Position numbers and translations under genes: made by a program. Below the pieces are notes generated by a model, which saw only the letters and a program-made list of their open reading frames with translations, was not told where the DNA came from and made no database searches. Of a DNA stretch of 64,000 bases, positions 18,004 to 27,791 are shown piece by piece; position 1 is the stretch's first letter, and the number at the start of each line of letters is the position of its first letter. This stretch comes from an uncultured Christensenella sp. GTDB lineage: Bacteria; Bacillota; Clostridia; Christensenellales; Borkfalkiaceae. Location: contig CAYVPW010000001.1 in assembly GCA_964453915.1 (NCBI GenBank), positions 6,143 through 70,142 of the forward strand. Reading direction: 5' to 3'.

Positions 18004-19593
18004 TTATTCGGCTACTTCTTCCTCTTCTTCCACGTCTAGCATTGCTTCTATTGCAACGTCTATTTCGTCTGCATTGCAACCCGTTTCTTTATCTTTTAAG
18101 AAAATATAATAAACGGCAATGGCTATCGCTAAAATTCCATACGCAACGCCGACTACCAACATTCCGTACTTATCAAACGCCCTTATCCCCGTTTCTTCGC
18201 TTGCGGGGAAAATCAAGTTTATTACACCGAAAACTTCTATCACGGCAATCAAAATAGGCGAAACGTATTTAATCATCACTGCAAATATTTTGCCGAACTT
18301 GCCTAGTTTTAATCCGTCTTCTTCTAATCCCCTATATAGGTGCATAGGACTAAACGCTTCTTTGGGCTTTGACGCCTTAACGATAAACCAACCCAAAGCA
18401 ATGCAAGAACCCAACGCACAAACGGGCATTAAAACGGTGTTTGTTATATCATCTATAAACGTTAATAAATCTTTACCTAAGATTTGAAGAATATTCTCCC
18501 CGTTTATACTATACCCCAAAGATATGCTAATCGGCACGGACAAGGCAAAGCAAATTAAAGAAACGATTAAAATTGCTTTTTTTCTGTGTATTCTAAATTT
18601 TTGAATAACAAACTGCGTGACAACTTCTAACAAAGATATAACGGAAGTAAGCGCCGCAATAACGACCATTCCGAAGAACAAGAATGATACAATTTTGCCA
18701 AAAGAGCCTAAAGTTTCAAAAACCAACGGCATAGATTGAAACAAAAGCATTATGCCTTGAACCTTTAATTCTCCACCGTTTATCGCCTGATAGTGATAAA
18801 CCGAAGGGAAAATTGCAAGCCCCGCAAGAAGCGCAACCATTGTATCAAAAACGCATATCATAACGGCAGATCTGCCTATCTTTATATTTTTGCCTGCATA
18901 AGAGCCGTACGATACCATTATTCCCATACCGAGAGACATAGAAAAGAATGCCTGACTCATTGCCGCAAGAATGCCTTCAAACCCTAAAGCGGAAAAATCC
19001 GGATTAAGATAAAAAGACAAGCCTTCTGCAACGCCTTCTCCAAGACACAAGCAATAAACCACTATAAGAACGAGAATAATAAATAAAGCGGGCATTAAAA
19101 CCTTGCTTGCCTTTTCTATGCCGCCTTTTACCCCCCCCATTACTACTACGAGTGCAAGGACGATAAATATTCCCGTATAAAGTATTACTTCTCCTATATT
19201 GCCGGTAAACGATTGCAAGATGGCAGAATTAGATTCAAAAGAATTCATCGTATACTTTACGGTATATCCGCCCAAAATCGAATAATAGCAGATTATCAAA
19301 AGCGGAATGATTATAGAAAAGAGCCCCAACCACCCTAAATGTTTATTAGCCTTTTTCATTGCGGTAATGGGATTTGCTTGTGCACGCTTTCCCAAATACA
19401 TTTCCGCAATCATAACGATAGAGCCTATCACAAGCACGCTTAGTATGTAAACGAATACGAAAGCCGCACCGCCGTTGGCGCTTGTTTTATACGGGAAACT
19501 CCAAAGATTGCCCAGCCCTACCGCAGAACCTGCCGCCGCTAGAATAAAGCCTATACCGCTGGCAAATCCGTTTCTCTTTTTTGCTTTTTCCAT
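18004..19593 (-). CDS. sodium-dependent transporter, SNF (neurotransmitter:sodium symporter) family
   Basis: 529 aa, polytopic, with the N-terminal signature AAGSAVGLGNLWSFPYK. Confidence 0.88.
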   Translation of the reverse strand: MEKAKKRNGFASGIGFILAAAGSAVGLGNLWSFPYKTSANGGAAFVFVYILSVLVIGSIVMIAEMYLGKRAQANPITAMKKANKHLGWLGLFSIIIPLLIICYYSILGGYTVKYTMNSFESNSAILQSFTGNIGEVILYTGIFIVLALVVVMGGVKGGIEKASKVLMPALFIILVLIVVYCLCLGEGVAEGLSFYLNPDFSALGFEGILAAMSQAFFSMSLGMGIMVSYGSYAGKNIKIGRSAVMICVFDTMVALLAGLAIFPSVYHYQAINGGELKVQGIMLLFQSMPLVFETLGSFGKIVSFLFFGMVVIAALTSVISLLEVVTQFVIQKFRIHRKKAILIVSLICFALSVPISISLGYSINGENILQILGKDLLTFIDDITNTVLMPVCALGSCIALGWFIVKASKPKEAFSPMHLYRGLEEDGLKLGKFGKIFAVMIKYVSPILIAVIEVFGVINLIFPASEETGIRAFDKYGMLVVGVAYGILAIAIAVYYIFLKDKETGCNADEIDVAIEAMLDVEEEEEVAE

Positions 19594-19625
19594 TGAAATA
19601 CCTCAATTAAAATAATAACTTTATT

Positions 19626-19654
19626 ATTCTATAATTTTTATCGCTTTTTGTCAA
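19626..19654 (-). promoter_or_regulatory. sigma-A type promoter for the SNF transporter
   Basis: Minus strand: TTGACA (19654-19649), 17-nt spacer, TAGAAT (19631-19626). Confidence 0.6.
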
Positions 19655-19666
19655 TAATAAAGCAAC

Positions 19667-19695
19667 AAAAAAGCGGCGCATTACAAAACGCCGCT
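19667..19695 (-). terminator. rho-independent terminator ending the hrcA...HIT operon
   Basis: Minus strand AGCGGCG-10 nt-CGCCGCT followed by TTTTTTG. Confidence 0.75.
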
Positions 19696-19797
19696 AAATA
19701 TTTTTTATACAATCAAAAGTTATCCAAAGCATAAAACCGCTTACTTAAATAAATACAAAATTAGCAAACAAAATATTTTATGCCGTTTTATCAGCCG

Positions 19798-20139
19798 TTA
19801 AGCGGGTGTCCAACCCATTTTTTGACCGGATAAAACGTGAATATGCAAATGGAACACGGTTTGTCCTGCATCGTCTCCCTGATTTATAACCAAACGGTAG
19901 CCGTTCTCTAACCCCAACTCTTTTTTAAGCGTGGGAATCTTTATAAGGCATTTTCTTACCATTTCGCTTTGCTCTTCCGTCATATCCGCCAAAAGCTTAA
20001 AATGGCTTTTAGGAATACACAAAAAGTGGTTTTTTGCTTTGGGGTCTATATCTTTTATGATAATCATATCTTCATCTTCGTACATTTTAGTAGAAGGTAT
20101 TTCCCCTTTGATTATTTTACAAAACAAACAGTCTTCCAT
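19798..20139 (-). CDS. HIT (histidine triad) family nucleotide hydrolase
   Basis: 113 aa with the histidine triad HLHIHVL. SD AAGGAG. Confidence 0.9.
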   Translation of the reverse strand: MEDCLFCKIIKGEIPSTKMYEDEDMIIIKDIDPKAKNHFLCIPKSHFKLLADMTEEQSEMVRKCLIKIPTLKKELGLENGYRLVINQGDDAGQTVFHLHIHVLSGQKMGWTPA

Positions 20140-20157
20140 AATTTTTCTCCTTTTTTG

Positions 20158-21393
20158 TTATATAATTTCGGCAACAACGCCGTCTTTATAAAGCGATAAA
20201 ACTTTTACCGTTTTCATTTGGTTTTTATCCTTTTTGCCCTTAACGTATACCCTTACGTAATTTTCGGAATAGCCTTCTAAATAACCGTCTTTTTCTTCTT
20301 CAAACAAAACGCTTAAATTTTTACCTATAAATTTATTTAAAAAGTTTGTTTTACACTCTTTTTTCTTTTGCAAAAGAAGGTGCAATCTCTCTTTTTTTAT
20401 TTCGGGCGGTAAATCTTTCATTTTATAAGCAACCGTCCCCTTTCTTTTAGAAAAGGCAAACGGGTGAATATCCGAAAATTTTACTCTATCTATCAATTCC
20501 AGCGTTTTATTAAAATCCTCTTCCGTTTCCGTAGGGAAGCCCGCAATCACGTCAGTAGTAATTCCTGCGTCAGGAAAAAACTTTCTTATAAGGTCGGCTT
20601 TTTGCGCAAATTCTTTTGCGGTGTAATGCCTGTTCATACTTTTTAACACGTTATCCGAACCGGACTGCAAAGAAAGATGAAAATGCGGTGCAAAATTATT
20701 TAACTCTTTTAACGCACTCAAAAATTCTTCGTCTATAACTCTAACTTCTAAAGAGCCTAGTCTAATTCTACAATCAACGCCCTTTAACGCCTTTATAAGC
20801 CCCGTAAGCCCGCTCTCCCCGTAATCGTATGCAGAAAGATTTATTCCGTTAATAACGGCTTCTTTGGGGCTTAAAACGCTTATCTCGTTTAATATCGATT
20901 CGTGGCTCCTGCTGCGGCTTCTTCCCCTTAAATAAGGTATCACGCAGTAAGAACAAAAATTATTACAGCCGTCCTGCACTTTTACATACGTTCTCGTTCT
21001 AAGTCCGCTTGCGGGTAAAAGCTCTTCAAACTCTTTGGGTTCTTCGCTTATCAAAACGCCGTCTTTATCCAGCATTTCTAAAATTTTATCTTTAGAAAAA
21101 GTGCCCGTAATCAATTTTGCGTTTTGTTTATCGGTAAAATTATTAGGATTTTTTTGACAAGCACAGCCCGTAAAATAAACGGGGGCGTTAGGATTTAATT
21201 TTGCCACTCTGCTTGCCGTTTGTCTAGACTTTTTTTCCGCTTCGGCAGTCACTGCGCAAGTGTTTACTATATACAAGTCCGCCGGTTCAAGTTTGTCGCT
21301 TACCTCGTATCCCCGCTCTTTTAAGCCGGTAATAAGAGAATCACTTTCACACTCGTTTACCTTGCAGCCCAACGTAAAAACAACTGCTTTCAT
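20158..21393 (-). CDS. mtaB: tRNA methylthiotransferase MtaB (radical SAM MTTase)
   Basis: MTTase N-domain (TLGCKVNECESD), radical SAM CNNFCSYC and a TRAM-like C-terminus. Its position after prmA matches B. subtilis yqeV. ATG 21393 overlaps the prmA stop (ATGA). Confidence 0.8.
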   Translation of the reverse strand: MKAVVFTLGCKVNECESDSLITGLKERGYEVSDKLEPADLYIVNTCAVTAEAEKKSRQTASRVAKLNPNAPVYFTGCACQKNPNNFTDKQNAKLITGTFSKDKILEMLDKDGVLISEEPKEFEELLPASGLRTRTYVKVQDGCNNFCSYCVIPYLRGRSRSRSHESILNEISVLSPKEAVINGINLSAYDYGESGLTGLIKALKGVDCRIRLGSLEVRVIDEEFLSALKELNNFAPHFHLSLQSGSDNVLKSMNRHYTAKEFAQKADLIRKFFPDAGITTDVIAGFPTETEEDFNKTLELIDRVKFSDIHPFAFSKRKGTVAYKMKDLPPEIKKERLHLLLQKKKECKTNFLNKFIGKNLSVLFEEEKDGYLEGYSENYVRVYVKGKKDKNQMKTVKVLSLYKDGVVAEII

Positions 21394-22322
21394 AAACTCT
21401 TTTCCATAACGAGAGCCGACCACTCGCCCTTAATCTTTTCTTCTACAAAAGTGAATCCGTTATCTAAATATGCAGATTTTACCTTTTCAAGTCTGTCCGC
21501 AAGAATTCCGCTTAAAACAATAGTGCCTTTTTCCGTAAGATTATTCCCTATAAACGGTGCAAACGCAATCAAAACTTCCGCCATAATATTGCAAACGATT
21601 ACTTGCCCTTTCACGGTATTGTCGTCTAAAAGGTTTTTTAATAAAACCGTGCCGTTATGCACGCCGTTTATTTGCATATTCTTTTCCGTTGCGGTGATAG
21701 CGCACTCGTCTATATCGGTTAAAATAACCTTATCCGCACCAAGTTTGCTTGCGGCAATCCCTAAAATACCGCTTCCGCAACCAACGTCTAACACGGTGTC
21801 GTTTTTACGCACGTATTTTTGCAAAAATTCAACGCACATAGAAGTGGTTTCGTGCTCGCCCGTGCCAAACGCCATATTAGAACCGATAAGAACTTTTATC
21901 TCGTTTTCTTTAGCGGCGTAATCTATCCATTCCGGAACAATCACAACGTTGTTGATATGTATCGGCTTAAAGTGCTCTTTCCACGTTTTTTTCCACTCGT
22001 CCCCGTCTACCGCTCTTTTATTAGTCTCTAAACTGCCCAAATCAAAGGGACAAACGCTTTTAAGTTCTATTATCTTTTTTTCTATTTCTCCTATCAAAGA
22101 GCGATCTTCTTCTTTTACGTAGCCCTTTACTAAAACGGTTTTATCTTCTTTTAACACGTCTTCGTCTATATAGTCCCACGTTTTTCCCGTGCGGGATAAT
22201 TCCACAACGTCGTTAAAATCGTTTATGGCAACGCCGCCGTCCGTATAATCCCACAAAAGATCGCTTATAAGTTCACTGCCTTCGTGAGTGGTGTGTATGG
22301 TTAATTCTATATATTTACTCAT
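21390..22322 (-). CDS. prmA: ribosomal protein L11 methyltransferase
   Basis: 310 aa with SAM-binding DVGCGSGIL. Position after dnaJ. Confidence 0.88.
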   Translation of the reverse strand: MSKYIELTIHTTHEGSELISDLLWDYTDGGVAINDFNDVVELSRTGKTWDYIDEDVLKEDKTVLVKGYVKEEDRSLIGEIEKKIIELKSVCPFDLGSLETNKRAVDGDEWKKTWKEHFKPIHINNVVIVPEWIDYAAKENEIKVLIGSNMAFGTGEHETTSMCVEFLQKYVRKNDTVLDVGCGSGILGIAASKLGADKVILTDIDECAITATEKNMQINGVHNGTVLLKNLLDDNTVKGQVIVCNIMAEVLIAFAPFIGNNLTEKGTIVLSGILADRLEKVKSAYLDNGFTFVEEKIKGEWSALVMEKSL

Positions 22323-22324
22323 AA

Positions 22325-23476
22325 TCAGTCCGCATACGGATTTTTGCCGTACATACTCTCTATATTATCTTTATATTGCTTCATTTGCGGGCATTGTTTT
22401 ATATCCGAATCACTGTCAAACCCTAAAATCGCCGCCTTTTGCTTTTGAGTTATTTTAGACGGGATTTCCACCGTTACGATTATATAAAGATCGCCCGTCC
22501 CGCGGGAGGATTTTATACCCTTTCCACGAACGAAAAACGTTTTTCCGCTTTGAGTCCCTTCTGGTATGGTGTATTCAAACACGTCGTCTATCAACGGAAT
22601 TTTAACCTTTCCGCCCATTATCGCCGTTTTGATACTAACGGGAACTTCTACGTATAAATCAAAGTTCTTTCTCTTAAACACCTTGCTAGGTTCAACTTTC
22701 ATCACCACGATAAGGTCGCCTGCCGCACCGCCGTTTTTACTTGCTTCGCCAAATCCGGCTTTTCTTATATAACTGCCGGTATCCGCACCCGCAGGTATAT
22801 CCAAAGTGAGTTTCGTTGATTTTTTAACGTATCCTTTTCCTTTACAATCGGGGCACGCTTCAATAATCTTTTTACCCGTTCCCTTACATTCTTCACAGGG
22901 TTTAACGGATACGGAACGGAAAAATCCGTTGTTTTGGGTATACTGTACCTGTCCTGTTCCGCCGCAACGTTCGCACGTTTTATAAGCAGTGCCGTTTTTT
23001 GCACCCGTGCCTTTGCAAGAAGAACAAGGTTCATTTCTAGTGTAAACTATTTCTCTTCTGCAACCTTTCGCCGCATCTAAAAAAGAAAGCGACAACTCTA
23101 TGGTAATATCTTCTCCGCGAGATTTTGTTTGCGCCCTAGTTCTTGAAGAGCCGCCGAAACCGCCGAAAATATCCCCAAAAATATCTTCGAAGCCACCGAA
23201 GCCACCGAAGCCACCGCTTCCGCCAAAGCCGCCGAAACCGCCGTTGCCGCCGCCGAAACCGGGGTGTTCTTGTTCGTAGTCGTATTGTTTTCTCTTTTTT
23301 TCGTCAGACAAAACCTCGTTTGCTTCGTTGATTTCTTTAAACTTTTCCGCACACTCTTTATCCCCCGGGTGCAAATCCGGATGGTATTTTTTCACCAAAG
23401 TTCTATACGCTTTTTTTATGTCGTCTGCAGAAGCGTTTTTATCAACGCCCAGAGTCTCGTAATAATTTTTAGCCAT
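22325..23476 (-). CDS. dnaJ: molecular chaperone DnaJ
   Basis: J domain with HPD, a Gly/Phe-rich linker and four CxxCxG zinc-finger repeats. Confidence 0.96.
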   Translation of the reverse strand: MAKNYYETLGVDKNASADDIKKAYRTLVKKYHPDLHPGDKECAEKFKEINEANEVLSDEKKRKQYDYEQEHPGFGGGNGGFGGFGGSGGFGGFGGFEDIFGDIFGGFGGSSRTRAQTKSRGEDITIELSLSFLDAAKGCRREIVYTRNEPCSSCKGTGAKNGTAYKTCERCGGTGQVQYTQNNGFFRSVSVKPCEECKGTGKKIIEACPDCKGKGYVKKSTKLTLDIPAGADTGSYIRKAGFGEASKNGGAAGDLIVVMKVEPSKVFKRKNFDLYVEVPVSIKTAIMGGKVKIPLIDDVFEYTIPEGTQSGKTFFVRGKGIKSSRGTGDLYIIVTVEIPSKITQKQKAAILGFDSDSDIKQCPQMKQYKDNIESMYGKNPYAD

Positions 23477-23501
23477 TTTTATTCCTTAATTTTAGCATAA
23501 A

Positions 23502-23527
23502 CTGAAAGGCAGAATTCTGCCTTTCAG
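23502..23527 (-). terminator. intra-operon hairpin (partial terminator or processing site) between dnaK and dnaJ
   Basis: Perfect 26-nt palindrome CTGAAAGGCAG-AATT-CTGCCTTTCAG, followed on the minus strand by TTTATGC. Confidence 0.5.
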
Positions 23528-23557
23528 TGTGCCTTTTTATAATTGTATTATTAAATA

Positions 23558-25357
23558 TTAGCCTTGGTGAAATTCCGTATCTCCGGTGTTATCTCCGCCT
23601 TGCGCACCGTTTTCTCCACCTTGCGCAGCACTTTGATATACCTTTGCAAAGATTTCTTGAGATACCTTAGAAAGATTTTCAAACGCAGCATCCATCTTGT
23701 CTTTATCATTAGTTTCTAATTCTGCCTTTGCGGTTTTTACTTCTTCTTCTAATTTAGCCTTGTCTTCTTCGGTAATCTTATCGCCTAAATTTTTTACGGA
23801 TTTTTCTACGGTGAAAATCATACCGTCTAGTCTGTTTTTAGAATCAACCGCTTCTTTACGCTTTTTGTCTTCTTCTTCAAATTGTTTTGCTTCGTTAACG
23901 GCTTTTTCTATATCCGCATCCGAAAGGTTGGTAGAAGACGTGATCGTAATGTTTTGAGATTTGCCCGTTCCCATATCTTTTGCGGAAACGTTTACTATAC
24001 CGTTTGCATCTATATCGAACGTCACTTCTATTTGGGGTATTCCACGGGGTGCGGGAGCAATTCCTACTAATTCAAATCTACCCAAGGTTTTATTGTCTCT
24101 TGCGAATTCTCTTTCACCTTGTAAAATATGAATGTCAACTTGAGTTTGGTTATCCGCCGCCGTAGAGAATATTTGAGATTTCTTTACGGGAATAGTGGTG
24201 TTTCTTTCGATAAGTTTAGTGCATACTCCGCCTAAAGTTTCTATTCCGAGAGATAGCGGGGTGACGTCTAAAAGCAACACGTCTTTAACTTCGCCGGACA
24301 AAACACCGCCTTGAATAGCCGCACCGATTGCAACACATTCATCGGGGTTGATTCCCTTAAAGGGTTCTTTACCGGTCACTTTTCTTACTTCGTCTATAAC
24401 TGCGGGAATTCTTGTAGAACCGCCGACCAATATTACCTTATCTATATCAGAATAAGAAAGTTTTGCATCTTCCATTGCCTTTTTTAGCGGAATAAGCGTT
24501 TCTTCTACCAAATCTTTGGTAAGAGCATCGAATTTTTGTTTGCTTAAATCAACGTCTAAGTGTTTAGGTCCGGTTGCATCTGCGGTGATAAAAGGAAGGT
24601 TAACGTTGGTAGTGCTCATACCGGAAAGTTCTATCTTTGCCTTTTCAGCCGCTTCCTTTAATCTTTGCATTGCAAGTTTATCTTTAGCAAGGTCTATACC
24701 TTCTTTTGCCTTAAATTCGGAAACGAGATATTCCATAATTCTGTTATCAAAATCGTCACCGCCGAGTTTGCAGTTTCCGTTAGTTGCCAAAACTTCAAAT
24801 ACACCGTCGCCTATTTCCATAATAGAAACGTCGAACGTGCCGCCACCAAGGTCGTATATTATAACCTTTTGGTTTTTGCCTTCTTTATCTAGTCCGTAAG
24901 AAAGAGCCGCAGCCGTAGGTTCGTTTATTATACGCAAAACGTTTAATCCTGCAATTTTTCCTGCGTCCTTAGTTGCCTGACGTTGACTGTCAGAAAAATA
25001 TGCGGGGCAAGTAATTACGGCGTCAGTCACGGTGCCGCCTAAATAACTTTCCGCATCTTTCTTTAATTTAGAAAGTATCATTGCGGAAATTTCTTGCGGA
25101 GTGTAATCCTTTCCGTCTATACCTACCTTATAGTTTTCTCCCATATGTCTTTTTATAGAAGAAACAGTTCTGTCTGCGTTAGACACTGCCTGACGTTTTG
25201 CGGTTTGACCTACCAAACGGCTGCCGTCTTTTTGGAATGCCACAACGGACGGGGTTGTTCTTGCGCCTTCCGCATTTGCTATTACAACGGGTTCACCGTT
25301 TTCCATAACGGCTACGCACGAGTTCGTCGTTCCTAAATCGATACCTATAGTTTTCAT
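23558..25357 (-). CDS. dnaK: molecular chaperone DnaK (Hsp70)
   Basis: Hsp70 signatures GIDLGTTNS and DLGGGTFD. 599 aa. SD AGGAGG. Confidence 0.98.
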   Translation of the reverse strand: MKTIGIDLGTTNSCVAVMENGEPVVIANAEGARTTPSVVAFQKDGSRLVGQTAKRQAVSNADRTVSSIKRHMGENYKVGIDGKDYTPQEISAMILSKLKKDAESYLGGTVTDAVITCPAYFSDSQRQATKDAGKIAGLNVLRIINEPTAAALSYGLDKEGKNQKVIIYDLGGGTFDVSIMEIGDGVFEVLATNGNCKLGGDDFDNRIMEYLVSEFKAKEGIDLAKDKLAMQRLKEAAEKAKIELSGMSTTNVNLPFITADATGPKHLDVDLSKQKFDALTKDLVEETLIPLKKAMEDAKLSYSDIDKVILVGGSTRIPAVIDEVRKVTGKEPFKGINPDECVAIGAAIQGGVLSGEVKDVLLLDVTPLSLGIETLGGVCTKLIERNTTIPVKKSQIFSTAADNQTQVDIHILQGEREFARDNKTLGRFELVGIAPAPRGIPQIEVTFDIDANGIVNVSAKDMGTGKSQNITITSSTNLSDADIEKAVNEAKQFEEEDKKRKEAVDSKNRLDGMIFTVEKSVKNLGDKITEEDKAKLEEEVKTAKAELETNDKDKMDAAFENLSKVSQEIFAKVYQSAAQGGENGAQGGDNTGDTEFHQG

Positions 25358-25383
25358 AATTATATCCTCCTAAAATTATATGC

Positions 25384-25899
25384 TTATTTTATTACGCTTA
25401 CTTTAGCGTATCTAATTATCTTGTCTTTTAATTTATATCCCTTTTGAAATACCTGTTTGATCGTGTCGCTTTCTTCGCCTTCTTCTTTTTCAGCCTGCAT
25501 TATCGCTTCCGCAAAATCCGGACTAAAAACTTCGCCAACGGGATTTATCTCAGAAACGTCCATATTCTTTAACGTTTCGTCGTACTTCTTTTTTAAGAGT
25601 TTCAATCCTTCTAAAGTCTTTTCGTCCGAAACCATAGAAATAGCTATATCCAAATTATCTCCTACGGGAAGAATTTTAAGTATTGCGTCCGCTTGACCTT
25701 CTCCGTAAGCATCCGTATACAACTTTGCGTTTCTCTTTTTGTAATTGTCGAATTCCGCAACGTTTCTCATCCACTTATCTTTGTAATCTTCACAAAGATT
25801 TTTTGCGTCTTCCAATTCTTTTTTTAGCGCTTCGGTTTCGCTTTCAACCTTTTCGCAAGTTTCTTCTTTTATTTCTTCTTGCTTTTTTTCCTTATCCAT
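25384..25899 (-). CDS. grpE: nucleotide exchange factor GrpE
   Basis: 171 aa with a coiled-coil N-terminus and a GrpE-like C-terminus. It lies between hrcA and dnaK. Confidence 0.9.
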   Translation of the reverse strand: MDKEKKQEEIKEETCEKVESETEALKKELEDAKNLCEDYKDKWMRNVAEFDNYKKRNAKLYTDAYGEGQADAILKILPVGDNLDIAISMVSDEKTLEGLKLLKKKYDETLKNMDVSEINPVGEVFSPDFAEAIMQAEKEEGEESDTIKQVFQKGYKLKDKIIRYAKVSVIK

Positions 25900-25912
25900 T
25901 TACTCACCGCCT

Positions 25913-26935
25913 TTACCTGTTGTTTTTTATCACGTCTTCTAAAATCTTACCTACGCCTTCTAAAACGGATACTACCTTTTGATAGTCCATTCTAAGAGGT
26001 CCTATAACGCCGTACGTGCCCAAATTTACGCCGCTTGCAGAATAACTTGCCGTCACCAAAGAATATTCTCCGTTAGTCTTTCCGTCTTCTCCGCCGACCG
26101 TAATTTTTATCTCTATATCGTCGTTATCGCTTGTAAGCAAATCCGCAAGCCTGTCTTTACTGGTCACCACCGATAAAAAATTTTTAACCTTTTCGGAATC
26201 GTTATATTCCGGATGATTTAATATTTTTCCTTCACCTTTTATTATAACGTCTTCCGCTTTGTTTTCTATATAATCTTCTATTGCGTCTATTATGCCTTCA
26301 AAAATGTCTTTATATGCTTCGAATTCTTGGGAAATCCTATCCGATAAACTAGATATTTCACCAAGTTTTTTTCCCACGACAAGTTTGCCTAAAAGTTCGC
26401 TTGCTTCTGTAATCTGCCCGTCCGTCATACTCTCCGGAACACTTATAAATTTATCCCTAATAAGAGCGGACTCCGTTACTATTAAAAGAAGCGCTTGATT
26501 TTTTTTGTTGCGAAACATATCCATCTTTAACACTACGTCTTCTTGGCTGTGCGTGGGGCACGCTATAGAAGTGTAATCAGTAAGTTCGCTTATTACCTTT
26601 ACGGCGTTTTGCACAACCTGCTCTAAATTATCCGCATGGTTTTCAAAAGCGTTTTTTATAACTCCAAGTTCTTTGCCCGTAAGTTTGCTTTTGTCCATAA
26701 GTTCCGTAACGTATAATTTATACGCTTCCACGGAAGGAACTCTTCCGCTAGAAGTATGAAGTTGAGATAAAAACCCCATCTCCTCTAACCCCGCCAGTTC
26801 GCTTCTTATGGTTGCAGAACTTAAATCTGGAAGATATTTTTCGGTTATACTTTTGCTGGATACCGGTTGTGCGGTTGATATATAATCGTCCACAACGTAT
26901 TGCAAAATTTTCTTTTTTCTGTCCGAAAGTTTCAT
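25913..26935 (-). CDS. hrcA: heat-inducible transcription repressor HrcA
   Basis: Winged-helix N-terminus (KKILQYVVDDYISTAQPVSSKSI). I chose ATG 26935 with SD AAGGAG over the upstream TTG in the track. Confidence 0.92.
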   Translation of the reverse strand: MKLSDRKKKILQYVVDDYISTAQPVSSKSITEKYLPDLSSATIRSELAGLEEMGFLSQLHTSSGRVPSVEAYKLYVTELMDKSKLTGKELGVIKNAFENHADNLEQVVQNAVKVISELTDYTSIACPTHSQEDVVLKMDMFRNKKNQALLLIVTESALIRDKFISVPESMTDGQITEASELLGKLVVGKKLGEISSLSDRISQEFEAYKDIFEGIIDAIEDYIENKAEDVIIKGEGKILNHPEYNDSEKVKNFLSVVTSKDRLADLLTSDNDDIEIKITVGGEDGKTNGEYSLVTASYSASGVNLGTYGVIGPLRMDYQKVVSVLEGVGKILEDVIKNNR

Positions 26936-26969
26936 CAACTCTCTCCTTGGCAATTCTTTTGGGTTTTTG

Positions 26970-26996
26970 TTAGCACTCTTGCCGTTTCAGTGCCAA
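26970..26996. promoter_or_regulatory. CIRCE operator (HrcA binding site)
   Basis: TTAGCACTC-N9-CAGTGCCAA versus the consensus TTAGCACTC-N9-GAGTGCTAA. The left arm is perfect and the right arm matches 7/9. It lies just downstream of the predicted transcription start. Confidence 0.8.
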
Positions 26997-27007
26997 CTTT
27001 CGAGTCA

Positions 27008-27036
27008 ATTCTACTCTTATATCCTTTGTTTGTCAA
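27008..27036 (-). promoter_or_regulatory. sigma-A promoter of the hrcA-grpE-dnaK-dnaJ operon
   Basis: Minus strand: TTGACA (27036-27031), 17-nt spacer, TAGAAT (27013-27008). Confidence 0.7.
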
Positions 27037-27143
27037 GGGTTTTAGGACATTTTTTATAAAATATTTTTTAATCTTTTTTTACAAAATAAAATCTCCGCTT
27101 TATTACTTGTTTTTTAAGCAAAGCGTATCATTATATCAAAACT

Positions 27144-27175
27144 AAAAAAAGGCAAGAAACAACTCTTGCCTTTTT
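27144..27175. terminator. bidirectional terminator
   Basis: AAAAAAA-GGCAAGA-aacaac-TCTTGCC-TTTTT. Confidence 0.7.
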
Positions 27176-27191
27176 ACCTTTTATATATTCA

Positions 27192-27767
27192 TCAAAGTTT
27201 TTTATCGAAATTTTCTTTATCAACGTACTCTATTTTCATAGAGATGAATGCGGAATATCGCCTTTTTAATATAGAAATATCTCTCATAGTAAAAAACTTT
27301 ACGTCGGTCGCTTCCCATAAAAGCACCCACGCAACTATATCCACTACTTCCGCCCATATAGCGCTTCCGAATCTATACCCTATAAAAATAGACGCCGCAA
27401 GCACAAGCACGCCGAATAACGCCATAAAAAGCGCCATAACGTTGTATCTTTTTCTTTTACATTCGTTTTCCAGATAACGCTTTTCGTAATATTCTTTTAT
27501 TGCGCTTTTATATACTACTTTTTCTTTATCGTCTATACAATCGCTGTAAACGCGAAGCGTCAACTCTTCGTTAGGATTAAGCGAAAAGGTGCTGTTTTCT
27601 AAAAATTCCGCAACTTCTCCGCTTATCATAGGTGTTTCGCTATCGGAAAATACGGACAAAAAATTGCTGTCGTCGGCAACTTTCATTTTTACCACCACAC
27701 GCCCTTCTTCGTCCCTTTCTCTCTCTTTATCTACAATCTTTAATAATTTTTGTTTGGCTTTTTTCAT
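27192..27767 (-). CDS. hypothetical membrane protein (soluble N-domain plus two predicted TM helices)
   Basis: 191-aa ORF with hydrophobic segments VMALFMALFGVLVLAASIFIGY and IWAEVVDIVAWVLLW. It lies 24 nt downstream of proA. Confidence 0.6.
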   Translation of the reverse strand: MKKAKQKLLKIVDKERERDEEGRVVVKMKVADDSNFLSVFSDSETPMISGEVAEFLENSTFSLNPNEELTLRVYSDCIDDKEKVVYKSAIKEYYEKRYLENECKRKRYNVMALFMALFGVLVLAASIFIGYRFGSAIWAEVVDIVAWVLLWEATDVKFFTMRDISILKRRYSAFISMKIEYVDKENFDKKL

Positions 27768-27791
27768 TTGTATAAAACCTCATCACGGTTT

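Noticed and set aside
17975-18012. Hairpin CGAATAAAT…ATTTATTCG as the terminator of the SNF transporter gene
   Set aside because: The stem overlaps the stop codon, is AT-only and is not followed by a T-run on the minus strand.
23143-23260. Tandem 9-nt repeats (GAAGCCACC x3 and related units) that might be a VNTR or CRISPR-like array
   Set aside because: They encode the Gly/Phe-rich linker of DnaJ (GGFGGFGG…) on the minus strand. This is coding low complexity, not a spacer-repeat array.
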